64,000 bases of DNA. It comes from Octopus sinensis (taxonomy: Eukaryota). Below the pieces are notes generated by a model, which ran no database searches, was not told the origin of the DNA, and saw only the letters and a list, made by a program, of their open reading frames with translations. The stretch covers positions 139,562,001 to 139,626,000 of the forward strand of contig NC_042997.1 in the NCBI RefSeq assembly GCF_006345805.1, given 5' to 3'. The first letter of the stretch is position 1; every line of letters starts with the position of its first letter. Made by a program: the position numbers and the translations under genes. Positions 53,230 to 64,000 of the stretch are shown piece after piece.

Positions 53230-55642
53230 TCTTTAATTTCGTGATGTTAAGCTTCCTCGTCACTTTCTGACCCTGTGGTCTTCTCTTAGGTCGGATGTAG
53301 AAATCCATCCTGGAGATGATGAGGCGATGGTCCGTCCAGCAGTCAGCTCCGCACATGGCTTTGACCAGTCTCACGTCCCGCCTGTCTTTCGCCCTGACGA
53401 TGACGTAGTCCATCAGATGCCAGTGTTTGGAGCGTGGATGCATCCATGATGTCTTGTTGCGTGTTGGCAGACGGAACTGCGGGCTCACCACCTGCACGGC
53501 AAAGAAGGCCGCTTTCAACAACATTCGCAGCACAGTCCAGGCTAAACTCCGCCTCATGCAAGACGCATGGTTAAGCGCCAAGGCGGATGAGATTCAGGGA
53601 TACGCAGACAAACACGACACCAAGAAATTCTACGAGGCGCTGAAAGCTGTCTATGGACCGCAGTTCTCCTTTGGATCAACCCCCCTGCTCAGCTCAGATG
53701 GAACCTCACTCCTGACTAACAAGAGGCTGATCCTGGAGAGATGGGCGGAGCACTTCAACATCGTGCTCAACCGACCAGCCCAGATCAACGAGGAAGCCAT
53801 CGCACGACTCCCCCAGGTGCCGACAAACCACGGGTTGGCTGTTCCCCCTGCAGTCGAGGAAGTGAGCAGAGCCATCAAAAAAATGTCCACCGGCAAAGCT
53901 CCAGGCTCTGACGCCATCCCTGCAGAGGTGTTCAAGTCGGGCGGCCCCACCATGATCAGTCAGCTCACCAGCCTGTTCCAGTCGATGTGGGACAGGGAAC
54001 AACTCCCTCAAGATTTCCGGGACGCAACAATCGTCCACATTTATAAGCGGAAAGGAGATCGGCAGTCCTGTGACAACCACCGAGGTATTTCCCTCTTGTC
54101 CATAGCAGGCAAGATCCTGGCCCGGGTCCTGCTTGACCGCCTTCTGGAACACTTGGAGCAAGGCCTTCTCCCTGAGAGCCAGTGTGGCTTCCGTGCAGGT
54201 CGAGGGACCACTGACATGATATTCGCCGCCCGCCAGCTCCAGGAGAAATGCATGGAGCAGCACCTTGACCTCTGCATGACCTTTGTTGACCTCACCAAGG
54301 CCTTTGATACAGTCAGTTGGGAGGGACTATGGAAGGTCATGGGAAAATTTGGTTGCCCCAGCAAATTTATTGCAATTGTCCGCCAGTTCCACGACAGAAT
54401 GACAGCCAGAATCCTTGAAGACGGCGACTCATCTGAAGCCTTCCAGGTGACCAACGGAGTCAGGCAGGGCTGTGTCCTGGCCCCAACACTGTTCAGCATC
54501 ATGTTCTCGGCAATGATGTCCGACGCCTTTAGGGACTGCAAGTCCGGTATCAACATCAAGTACAGGACAGACGGGAAACTTTTCAACTCCAGGAGATTGC
54601 AGGCTGTCACAAAGGTGAGGGAGACAGTCGTCAGAGACTTTCTCTTTGCTGACGACTGCGCCCTTAATGCAATCGATGAGCAGGAGATGCAGCTCGAGAT
54701 GGACAGGTTCTCATCAGCCTGTGACAACTTCGGTCTCACCATCAGTGCAAAGAAAACCGAAGTGATGTTTCAGCCAGCCCCCGGCAAACAATACCATGAG
54801 CCTCAGATAAGGGTGAACGGACGGATCCTCCGAGTGGTGGAAAACTTCACCTACCTGGGCAGCACTCTCTCCTGCAATGCCAACATAGATGCTGAAACCA
54901 TCAACAGAATCTCCAAGGCAAGTAGCGCGTTTGGAGACTGCGAAAGAAAGTCTGGGAGCGGAGAGGAATCAGCCTCAACACCAAGCTGAAAGTCTACCGG
55001 GCAGTCGTGCTTACCACCCTACTATACGGCTGCGAGACGTGGACTGCTTACCGAAGGCACGAGCGCCAGATAAACCACTTCCATCTCAGGTGTCTTCGGA
55101 ATCTCCTTCACATCCGCTGGCAGGACAAAGTCCCAGACACGGAAGTTCTGAAGCAGGCAGATCTCCCTAGCACCATCACAATCATGCGCAAGGCCCAGCT
55201 GAGATGGGCGGGCCACGTCTCCCGCATGTCCGACACTCGCATCCCAAAACAGCTCTTCTACGGTGAACTCGGCCAGGGCAGGCGCAAAGTCGGAGGGCAG
55301 AAAAAGCGCTACAAGGATAGTCTCAAGGTCTCTCTCAAAGACTTCTCCATCGGAACAGAGACCTGGGAGACACTTGCTGCCAACCGCTCATCCTGGCGCA
55401 GTGCAATCACCGTGGGAGCAGGGACAGCCGAGGAGGGACGGATTCGGTCAGCGGAGCAGAAACGTCAGATGCGTAAAGTCAGAGCCGCCTGCACCAGTAG
55501 CACTGCCACTACCCACTTCTGCCCCACCTGTGGGAGGGGCTTCCTTGCCCGGATTGGCCTCACCAGCCACCTCCGGTCTCATGGCGGCAGTTCCATCAGA
55601 TGATGTCAGTTGGTCATCTTCGAACCGAAGGACGAACATTAT
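53230..55642 (+). mobile_element. Young 5'-truncated RTE-clade LINE with an inverted 5' segment
   Basis: The RT ORF has KAPGSDAIPAE, LPESQCGFR, FVDLTKAFDTV, GVRQGCVLAPTLF, FADD and FTYLGS. There is one 1-bp deletion near 54934 (SAFG/RLRKKVW) and a C-terminal CPTC..HLRSH zinc finger. The 3' end is ggtcatcttcgaaccgaaggacgaac plus an ATT tail. TSD tatgtataagt lies at 53219-53229 and 55643-55653. Bases 53230-53480 encode the end of the endonuclease on the minus strand. Confidence 0.95.
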
Positions 55643-55989
55643 TATGTATAAGTGTAGGTATGCCCATGTCGTAAGAAGCTTGCTTCCCAGCCACATGGTT
55701 TCAGATTCAATCTCACTGCATACCTTGGGCAAATGTCTTCTCTTATAGTCCTGTGAGTTTATATGGTAGATGGAAACTGAAAGAAGACCATCATGTGTGT
55801 GTGTGTGAGTGTGTGTGTATCAGCTGGAGTCAAAAGATTTTTCAAATTTTCCCTGTTATGTCATTAATTTCATACAATTTGTCCAACCAGTTGCTGAATT
55901 GTTTATTCTTTATTTTCATATGCAGCATATAAACATTAATTGTTTATTTTTTATTTTACAGATGTGATAATAAGTAGTGAAAAAATTGC

Positions 55990-56770
55990 AATTAAAGACG
56001 TTTTATGATACCTGTGGAAAAAAGGATTGAGTGCAAGGGTACCAGCAAAAGATTTTAATGATGTGGAAATCCTAGTAACAGTCAACAAACATGTGGCACA
56101 AAACTGGTTCAGACATTTCAAGGAAGGTGTCAGCAGCCTCAAAGACAAACCAAGGTCAGGGAGACTTTCTGTTGTAGATGATGAGGCCTTGTTTGAAATG
56201 ATTAAAAGACACTCAGGCACGAGCACTTGCACACTGTTAGAAGAACTTGGTCCTTCACAAAGCACCATCAATTGACACATCCATAATCAGACTTTGTGAA
56301 CAAATACTGTCAAGATATTCCTCATGAACTGACCAATGACCAGGTTCAACAGTGTATGAACATTTGCAAACAGCTGCTGGCAAATCCCTGAGATGCTCGT
56401 TTTTGGCACTGAGTTGCAACTGGGAATGGAAAGTTTATCTATTTTCATAATCCTAATAAGAGAAACCAGTAGTTTCGTCCAGACTCTGTTGTCAAATAAG
56501 GGCGGTTTGAATATGTGTATTTGGTGGAATTTCAAAGGGATGTTGCACTTTAAGCTTGTCCCAGATGGTTTTGCTGTGAGTTCTAAACTCAACAACTGCA
56601 GTGAGTATATGATGTTTTCAAATCCAACTACCTAGCATTGGTCAATCAAAGACACACAGTCTTACAGCATGACAATGCTCCAGAATACACTATCAATGTG
56701 ACTAAGCATGAACTTGAAGAGCTGGAAATGATGCCTCGCCTTGCCTACACTCCAGATACTGTGGGTGCCA
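55990..56770 (+). mobile_element. Decayed mariner transposase
   Basis: HTH region AQNWFRHFKEG..LKDKPRSGR, followed by CIWWNFKGMLHF and QHDNAP; frameshifted. Confidence 0.8.
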
Positions 56771-57109
56771 GAACTGCTAGATAACATGATTTAAACGTGT
56801 CCCATACATAACCTGCTGTTACCTCTATTGGTAACTGAAAGTCTCTCAGAATGAAAGTGGACTATGATACTTGTGTAGAAACTACATGATAGTGAAACAT
56901 AGACTGTGGATACAGAAAATATATTAAAAAATATCTAAAATATCTAAAAAGCTAGTTGATGAATGGCTTGTGAGTGAAAAATGTCAGCAAAGTGGGTGAA
57001 ACTGTCAGTGAAGTGAGAGAGCTAGCAATGGCAAAAAATGTAGAGTGCATGTGATGGTCAACCAGGGTCCAGTTTTCAGTCCCCTTCTATTTATCATTGT
57101 CCTCTAAGT

Positions 57110-57940
57110 CATAACAGAATAGTTCAAAACTAGCTGTCCATGGAAACTCCTATATGCTGATGACTTCATTCTTAAAGTTGAAATTTTTGTAGGGTTAGAG
57201 AAGAAATTCCAGGCATGGAAGGAAAACTTGGAATCAAAGGGCCTCAGAATTAACTTAACAAAAACTAAAGTATTATTAAGCAGGAAAACAGGTGGGCCTC
57301 TGCTATCATCAGGTGGCTTTGCTTGATATGTGAAAAAGGAGTGGGTAGAAATTCAGTACAGTGTATCCAATGCAAACTAAGCACACGAAAGAGGTGCAGT
57401 GGAATCATAGGCAGATTATCAGAGAAAGAAGACTGTAAGTGACAGTTTCACAGAAGCAATAAGCACCAAGAGTGCAAGGGAAATAATGCTCTTAAATTCT
57501 CAGGGGGATACCTAGCTATAGTAGAAAAGCTTCTCCGTGATCCAGGTGACCGTCTTAATAATAGAGGAGGATGTTCTCAAAGTATAGAAGCTAGAGAACA
57601 GGATGGAGAAAGTTCTGGGAGTTATTACCATTGTTCATAACAAAAGCTCTCTTGCTCTCAGTGTGAAGTGCATGAACAATGGAGTACAGAAAATCCCTCT
57701 GTAAAGGAATCAGATATTTATGTGCAAGAGAGAAGACTGGTTGGTAAGGGGATATGATGTGTATGGATAAGGGCAGCTGTATAAAAAGTGCCAATCAGTT
57801 ACATTGGCTAGAACATGTGGAAGAAAGAAGCCCAAGATGTGGTATGAAGTGGTGAAACCTGATCTCAGGATATTGAACTTCACAGAGGAGATGACTGAAA
57901 ACTGAGATGACAGGAGATATATAATTCTCGAGAAGACCTA
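57110..57940 (+). mobile_element. Highly decayed non-LTR (RTE-like) RT fragment
   Basis: PWKLLYADD and WKENLESKGLRINLTKTKVL; many indels. Confidence 0.65.
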
Positions 57941-58782
57941 TTTCCTACATATGCATAATGAAACTGATGTTAAATTGTGGTAAAGATGGAAGCTGAGAGT
58001 ATGTGTATGCATATATCTAAGTCCTTTGCCTAATTTGTCCCTGTCAAGTACACACCTGCTGTACCCCTTATCCCTCCATCACATTTCTATCTACTGTATT
58101 ATTCTACTGCTGTATTTAATGAAAGCCGAGCCCATTACTACATTCATCATTCCTCTTTGTGTTCTTCCACTCATCATTCCCTCTCCATCAAGCCACTTTC
58201 TCCTGTCCATCCTCAATCTTACTATCCCACTTGTACACCATTAACCTGCTATCTACCTAAGACTACCACCACTCCCATTTTTATCCATCATTCACTTCCA
58301 CCACCAACCCTGCTTTTACAACCTCTACCTACTCTTACTAATCCTCTGTTACCACACACTCTCCTATTCACCAACTTAGCCATGTTATCCCAAGAGTATA
58401 CTGTAGCTCCTTGTACCATCATCTTTATCTCATCTTTCTAGCACCACTCTACCCATCCCTGCCTGTCTATACATATTGCAAGATATCCTTAAATCTTTTA
58501 TTCTCTCCCTCACTCCATTTCACTCTCTGATGAACTTACATTAACTCCTAATACTACTCTTTCTCTTTCCCTTCTATTAGTCCCTTCCTTAGCATTGTTT
58601 GCTAGTTTCTCCTCTATCACCCTATGCCAACAATAAACCTATTCCTCCCATTATACTTTTAACTTATCAAATATCTCACCTACGATCAATATCCTTTTTT
58701 CCTAATCTCCTTCTCTGACATAGAAGTTCTTTAGTCTTGCAAGCTCTAAGGTGACCTCAACAGTACTTGTGTGTGTGTGCGT

Positions 58783-58829
<47 letters not shown>

Positions 58830-59155
58830 GGCATGATTGTGAGGCCCAACTATGCACCAATACAATGATTTGAAATGTGTGCAGGATGTCTGAAGGTAAA
58901 ACTTCCACTGTTTGTTCCTGGAAAGTCTAGCCTTCTAGCTCACCAAATTTAAATGCATGACTTTTGGATACAAGGTGTCATTAAGAACAAATGTCACTTC
59001 TACAACATCCCACGGCAGTGTTACTACAGAAAAAATTACTGCTAGGAAGGTCTATCAAAATAGATGAGACAAGAAGGTATGCTCAAACTCTTATAGCCAT
59101 CATCTTTATACATTTGTGTGTGAGTGTCTCTATAGATATACACTCCCTTAGAGTG

Positions 59156-59478
59156 AAGGCGCGTGGCTTAGTGGTTAGGGCATTTGGCTCACGATCATAA
59201 GGTTGTGAGTTCAATTCCCGGCTACATGTTGTGTCCTTGAGCAAGACACTTTATTTCACATTGCTTCAGTCCACTCAGCTGGCAAAAATGGGTAGTACCT
59301 GTATTTCAAAGGGCTAGCTTTGTCACACTCTGTGTCTCGCCAAATCTCTCTGAGAACTATACGTTAAGGGTACATGTGTCTGTGGAGTGCTCAACCACTT
59401 ACGCGTTAATTTCGCGAGCAAGGTGTTCTGTTGATCATATCACCTGGGATCCTCATCATCATAACCGATGGAGTGCTT
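59156..59478 (+). mobile_element. SINE family C (tRNA head, tgtgtccttgagcaagacac core); minus-strand copies at about 39700-39990 and 40405-40625
   Basis: A box tggcttagtgg, B box gagttcaattccc; the body is shared among three copies. Confidence 0.8.
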
Positions 59479-61870
59479 CTCTCTCTCACACTCCCATACA
59501 AACATAAAAATATATATGGATGCTTGTGTGTGTATGTATGTGATCATTATCATTTTAATGTCCACTTTTGCATGTTTACATGAATTAGATGGAATTCATT
59601 GAGGGAGATTTACCTGTTTCTAAGCATGGTAATATTTACCCATAGCCAGATCTTTCACAGAAGATTGGAAATAAATAACACCACTTAACACCACTTTTGT
59701 GACAGTGATACATGTTTACAACTATGGAGTGATTTCAAGACAAAGAGACAAACACACACACATTGGATTTCTTTCAGTTTTCCATCTACCAAATCCATTC
59801 ACATAGTTATCTTTTATCAACCCATTTGTTTTTCAGACATAGTGTATCAATGATTACATTATCTAATGTATCATTTCTTTAAGGTGGTAGGTAGGATTTG
59901 GAAGAATTATAGCAACTATTACTAGGATGTCAAATGACCATATAAAAGTTTCCTGATTAGCTAAATATGTATTTTGGGTGTGCTGTGATTGAGCAGACTT
60001 ATGTCAAAGCATTTAACTCATCTTAATCTCAATTCATTTTGAGGAATGTTGTTGCCTTGACTACATTATCAAACACATCTGTTTTAAGATAGCAGAGTAC
60101 AACTTACGAAAATTTACCTGATTTTTCTAACAGGTTCAGCTACCACAAAATAGCTGACCTATTGACTCACTTGAATCTGTTTTTAGAATCAGTGTATGTG
60201 GGTGGTAGATCAGTGGTTAAGATCTAGGCAAAAAGTGACTTGATTACAAAGATTTTGATTATAACTACTTTCTCAAAAAACGTTAATAGGTGCAAGAAGC
60301 TTTCATGCGATGGACAAAAAGTCTTGAGGTATATTTAACCACTTGCATTTAAATTGTGAGAGGTTTGATTTGCTTTTCCATACTTCCATGATTGATATAT
60401 GTAATAGCTAAGTACAGGGATCAATATAATTGACAATATTCTCCCATGAAATCAATGGCATCATTTGAAGGAGAAAAATCTATTTACCTTATCGTATCTT
60501 CTAAATTATGATATTTTTAAACTATAAAATATATATCACTTTCAAGCAACCTTTCTTCCTAATATTCAAAAATGAAGACCATGTATTTTGAGAACATCAT
60601 TTTATTAAATTATTTATATAGAAATTACTTATATAGTATTGCCAATGAAAGTGGTAGTAGTTCATTTATCTTGTCATGGGAATTACAATATGTTCTTGCT
60701 CAAGACTCTTAACTCACAAATGGCTCAGTCTGATAAGCTATAATGTAGATTTTACCTGTGTAAATAACTTTCTAATTTTTAATTTTAAAAAAATAATTGT
60801 TTTTACTTTCTTTTCTATATAAGTAATTGTTTCTAATTTAGGTGTAAGAAAGAAATTTTGAGGGGAGGATTTTAGTTAATTTCATTGAAAAATCTTACCC
60901 AGAAACTGCAAACCATGAAACCTATGCTCTATTTTCCAAAAATAATTTACTCAACAGAATTACTGAAAAGAGCCCTTTTCATATTTATAAAACTTATAAG
61001 ATCTACAAATACTTCAATCTTTCCAATTTTACAAACCAAAAACACTCCCACAACTGGATTTTTATCCTCCTTTCCTTTATCTACCTACTGCCGTCACCTG
61101 TTTGCTTTGTCCATCTTTTTTTGCCAATAACATTTATTTTTTATCTGTCACTTGTTTCAGTCATTAGACTGCAACCATACTGGAGTATCCCCTTGAAAAA
61201 TAAAGAAAAAATAAAACCAAATCAACCCCAGTACTTATGTAAACACTTTGTAACATACCAATGTATTCAGTACGTACATGTACTTAATATAACATGAAAA
61301 CTGTAGATATATTTTATATAAGATAACAACAATCGTGCTTACAGGAAAATATAACAGTCGTTGATGTACAAAATGAAATTGATAATAATTTTTCTTGGTC
61401 TCTAAATTTGGACTCTAAATTTGCTGTACATGCTCATGAAGGTATGGTATAAATAAATCACCACTAAACCCCATTGTCACCTAAGTTTCTTCTTAGTGAT
61501 ATCCATCACCCTTCTGTGGTCCACCTATGGATGTTATCATTTAGATCAACAAAATTGAGTGACTGGTTGAGAACCTCATAACAATAAAAGTTGCTGAGAT
61601 CCACATAGGAAACCCACCCATCGGATTCCAAATGTGTTTTATGAAATTTTAGTATGTAACCGTTGTAACTTCCAGTTTCTATCGCAATTTACTTTCATTT
61701 ATTTTGGGGTCAATTTACTTTCACTATTTTAGGATGGCAAACTGCAAGTTAACCCTTATTCTATTGAGCTCTTACTAAGTTACGGGGACATACTACATCA
61801 ACGCTAGTTGTCAAGTTACGGGAACATAATACATTTACACCAGTTGTCAAGCGGTGGTGGCACACACACA

Positions 61871-62128
61871 TAAGTTGGTCAATGTTTCAAGCTTTAAATA
61901 TTCTTTCATGCCTTTATTTGGAGTTATACAAGTGCCTACAACCAAACTGTAGTGCACCTGCGCACTACACACAATAATTTCATTATATTAAATACAGGTA
62001 ATAGAATGTAGGTAAAAAGAAATAGGTGACAAGTATATACAATAGGTTGGATAATCAATAAGTGTGTGAGTAATCAATAAACATACACGGATGGATAAAA
62101 AAAAAGGTGAAGAGTGAATTTAATAGGT

Positions 62129-62186
<58 letters not shown>

Positions 62187-62430
62187 CAAGCTTCTTTCAG
62201 TTTCCATCGACTCAATTCACTTTTCACTTTTTTTTATTCATTCGCATGTTTATTGATTAAATAATTGCAACTACTTCCAGTTACACACTTACTTGATAAT
62301 CCAACCTATTTCTGAATATACTTGTTACCTATTTCTTTTTACCTATATCCTTTCACCTGTATTTGGTTGCTGGCACTCATATAATTCTGAATAAATGGAT
62401 GAAAGAATATTTTATGCTTGACCAGCTTAA
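61871..62430. repeat. Diverged inverted repeat (arms about 220-250 bp) around a (TA)n tract
   Basis: aaatattctttcat..aaaaagaaataggt..aataggttgga..taatcaataaacat at 61871-62120 reappears reverse-complemented at 62213-62430. Confidence 0.75.
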
Positions 62431-62799
62431 ATTAGGATCAAATTTGCAGTGAATGAAAGCCTCAAATATGGAAGAAAATATTTCATATGCTTTCCTTCAC
62501 TTGATTATTAAGTATATTGTGTAAACAATGTCCCAGATATATTTCCTTTTTAAACAATTTTCTTTCACTCTGCAAAATAAGAGATGTCTGTATGTAATTA
62601 CACACCAGTTTGTTTGCAAATAAATTATGCTTCTGCCTAAGAACCACAAATAAAAAAGTAAACGATATCTTGAATTGTTTTCAGTACTTGATCATGAAGA
62701 AATGGTTAATATAAAGATTTGCTCCCGTTAGTGAAAGAAAAAAATACAGCCTGCTAGGTGTTAAAAACTGTGCAGAAAACGAATATAAAAAAAATTTGT

Positions 62800-64000
62800 G
62801 CAAACGAATGTTGGGGAGGGGAGTGGACTTTCGGAAAATTCAAAAGATCCGATTTTTCCCTCAAAACTTTCAGAAAAATGGATATATATTGATGAGATTT
62901 TATAGAAATACCGTCCAAATTGCACAAATTACGAGTATAATGACATTTCTGGGTAAATTTTTTTCCGAAGGGATGGGGAGAGGACTGTCGGAAAATTCGC
63001 ACAATCCGTTTTTTCCCCCTCATAATTTTTAGGAAAATGGATATCTTTTAATGAAATTTTACGGAAACTTCTTTCAAACAACATAGATTGTGATTATAAA
63101 GAAATTTGTGGGGAAAATGTTTTCCGAAGGTGTGGGAAGAGGACTGTCGGAAAGTTCACACGATCCGTTTTTTCTACCTCATAATTTTCAGGGTCTAGTT
63201 TAGCGTCGATCACAAAAACTTTTTTTTTTTCCACCGGATTCCTGTTTTCGATGACGGAGATTCCGAATATGCAAAAGCTACGTTTTCAAAAATTCTAATT
63301 CCACCCAACTCCCAAATTTTTGATTTTAACTTTTTTCGAATATTTTTTTTTTCAATCTACGAGGGAAAATATGGAGATGAGGGGAAAACATTTTGATTTC
63401 AAATTTTTTATGAAAAACTCTGAAATTGATCAACACCTCACCACCTCATCCCGCTGTCTAAAAGTGAAAATGTTTTGTCCGTTTCCGCATGCGTAGATTT
63501 ATAGTGAAACAGCAAAAGGATCACATGTGAAACCCTCACCACGAAACTCGAAATGCTAAAAATAACAGCTAAATGTCTGGAGAACTTTTGTGTTTCTGTG
63601 TGCGTGCGTGCAACAATTTCTACAGCTTATCCGAATGAACAGAGAAAAAAGTACACAAAATATATTTTACATACCTATCGTATACGTCGTTTTTTTGGGG
63701 GGAGGGGGGTCGCTTTAAAGGTAAAGGATTCTGATAGAAGCAATTATCTTACTGTCAATTCATTGGAGTAATCCCAACAAAATACTACAAGTGTAGTCAC
63801 TGGCTCAGCACCTATGTTTATGTTCTTCATTCCAAAATAAAAAAAAACTTTCGTGTCGACTTTCTGACAGTCCTCTCCCCACCCTTTCGGAAAACATTTC
63901 CCCCACAAATTTCTTTATAATCGCAATCTATGCTGTTTGAAAAGTGTTTCTGTAAAATTTCATCAATATATATCCATTTTCCTGAAAGTTATGAGGGAAA
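62800..64000. mobile_element. Foldback-type element with about 158-bp tandem units, inverted at the right end (runs off the window)
   Basis: ggact(g/t)tcggaaa recurs at about 62825, 62982 and 63141. Bases 63857-64000 are the reverse complement of the unit at about 63011-63156. CpG-rich. Confidence 0.7.

Noticed and set aside
59156-59230. tRNA-like sequences with A and B boxes (also at the heads of other SINEs)
   Set aside because: They do not complete a cloverleaf and continue into multi-copy SINE bodies.
60440-60760. Minus-strand donor-like sites (aag|gtaaat, cag|gtaaaa) as possible exons of another gene
   Set aside because: No convincing acceptor, reading frame or recognisable peptide; it could be UTR but this cannot be supported from sequence alone.

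Overview
AT-rich, repeat-dense animal genomic DNA. The SINE, LINE and microsatellite landscape suggests a cephalopod such as Octopus; this is an inference from repeat style, not a database result. Two protein-coding genes are supported, both on the minus strand. (1) A VPS9D1-like gene, which the ORF track does not assemble: I reconstructed five coding exons (28539-28462, 18545-18473, 11031-10936, 8706-8589, 3923-3812) with canonical GT-AG sites and matching phases, giving 159 aa; the gene continues beyond position 1. (2) A GFOD1/2-family oxidoreductase with an uninterrupted CDS (45352-44168). The rest is mostly mobile DNA: tRNA-derived SINEs, a young RTE LINE with a twin-priming-type 5' inversion and an 11-bp TSD, two decayed Penelope-like elements, decayed Tc1/mariner/maT transposons, a Gypsy remnant, non-autonomous Helitrons, hAT and piggyBac-like MITEs, several foldback elements and long microsatellites. 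I found no CRISPR array, rRNA or bona fide tRNA gene, and I cannot claim a wholly new biological system. The best leads are listed as findings.
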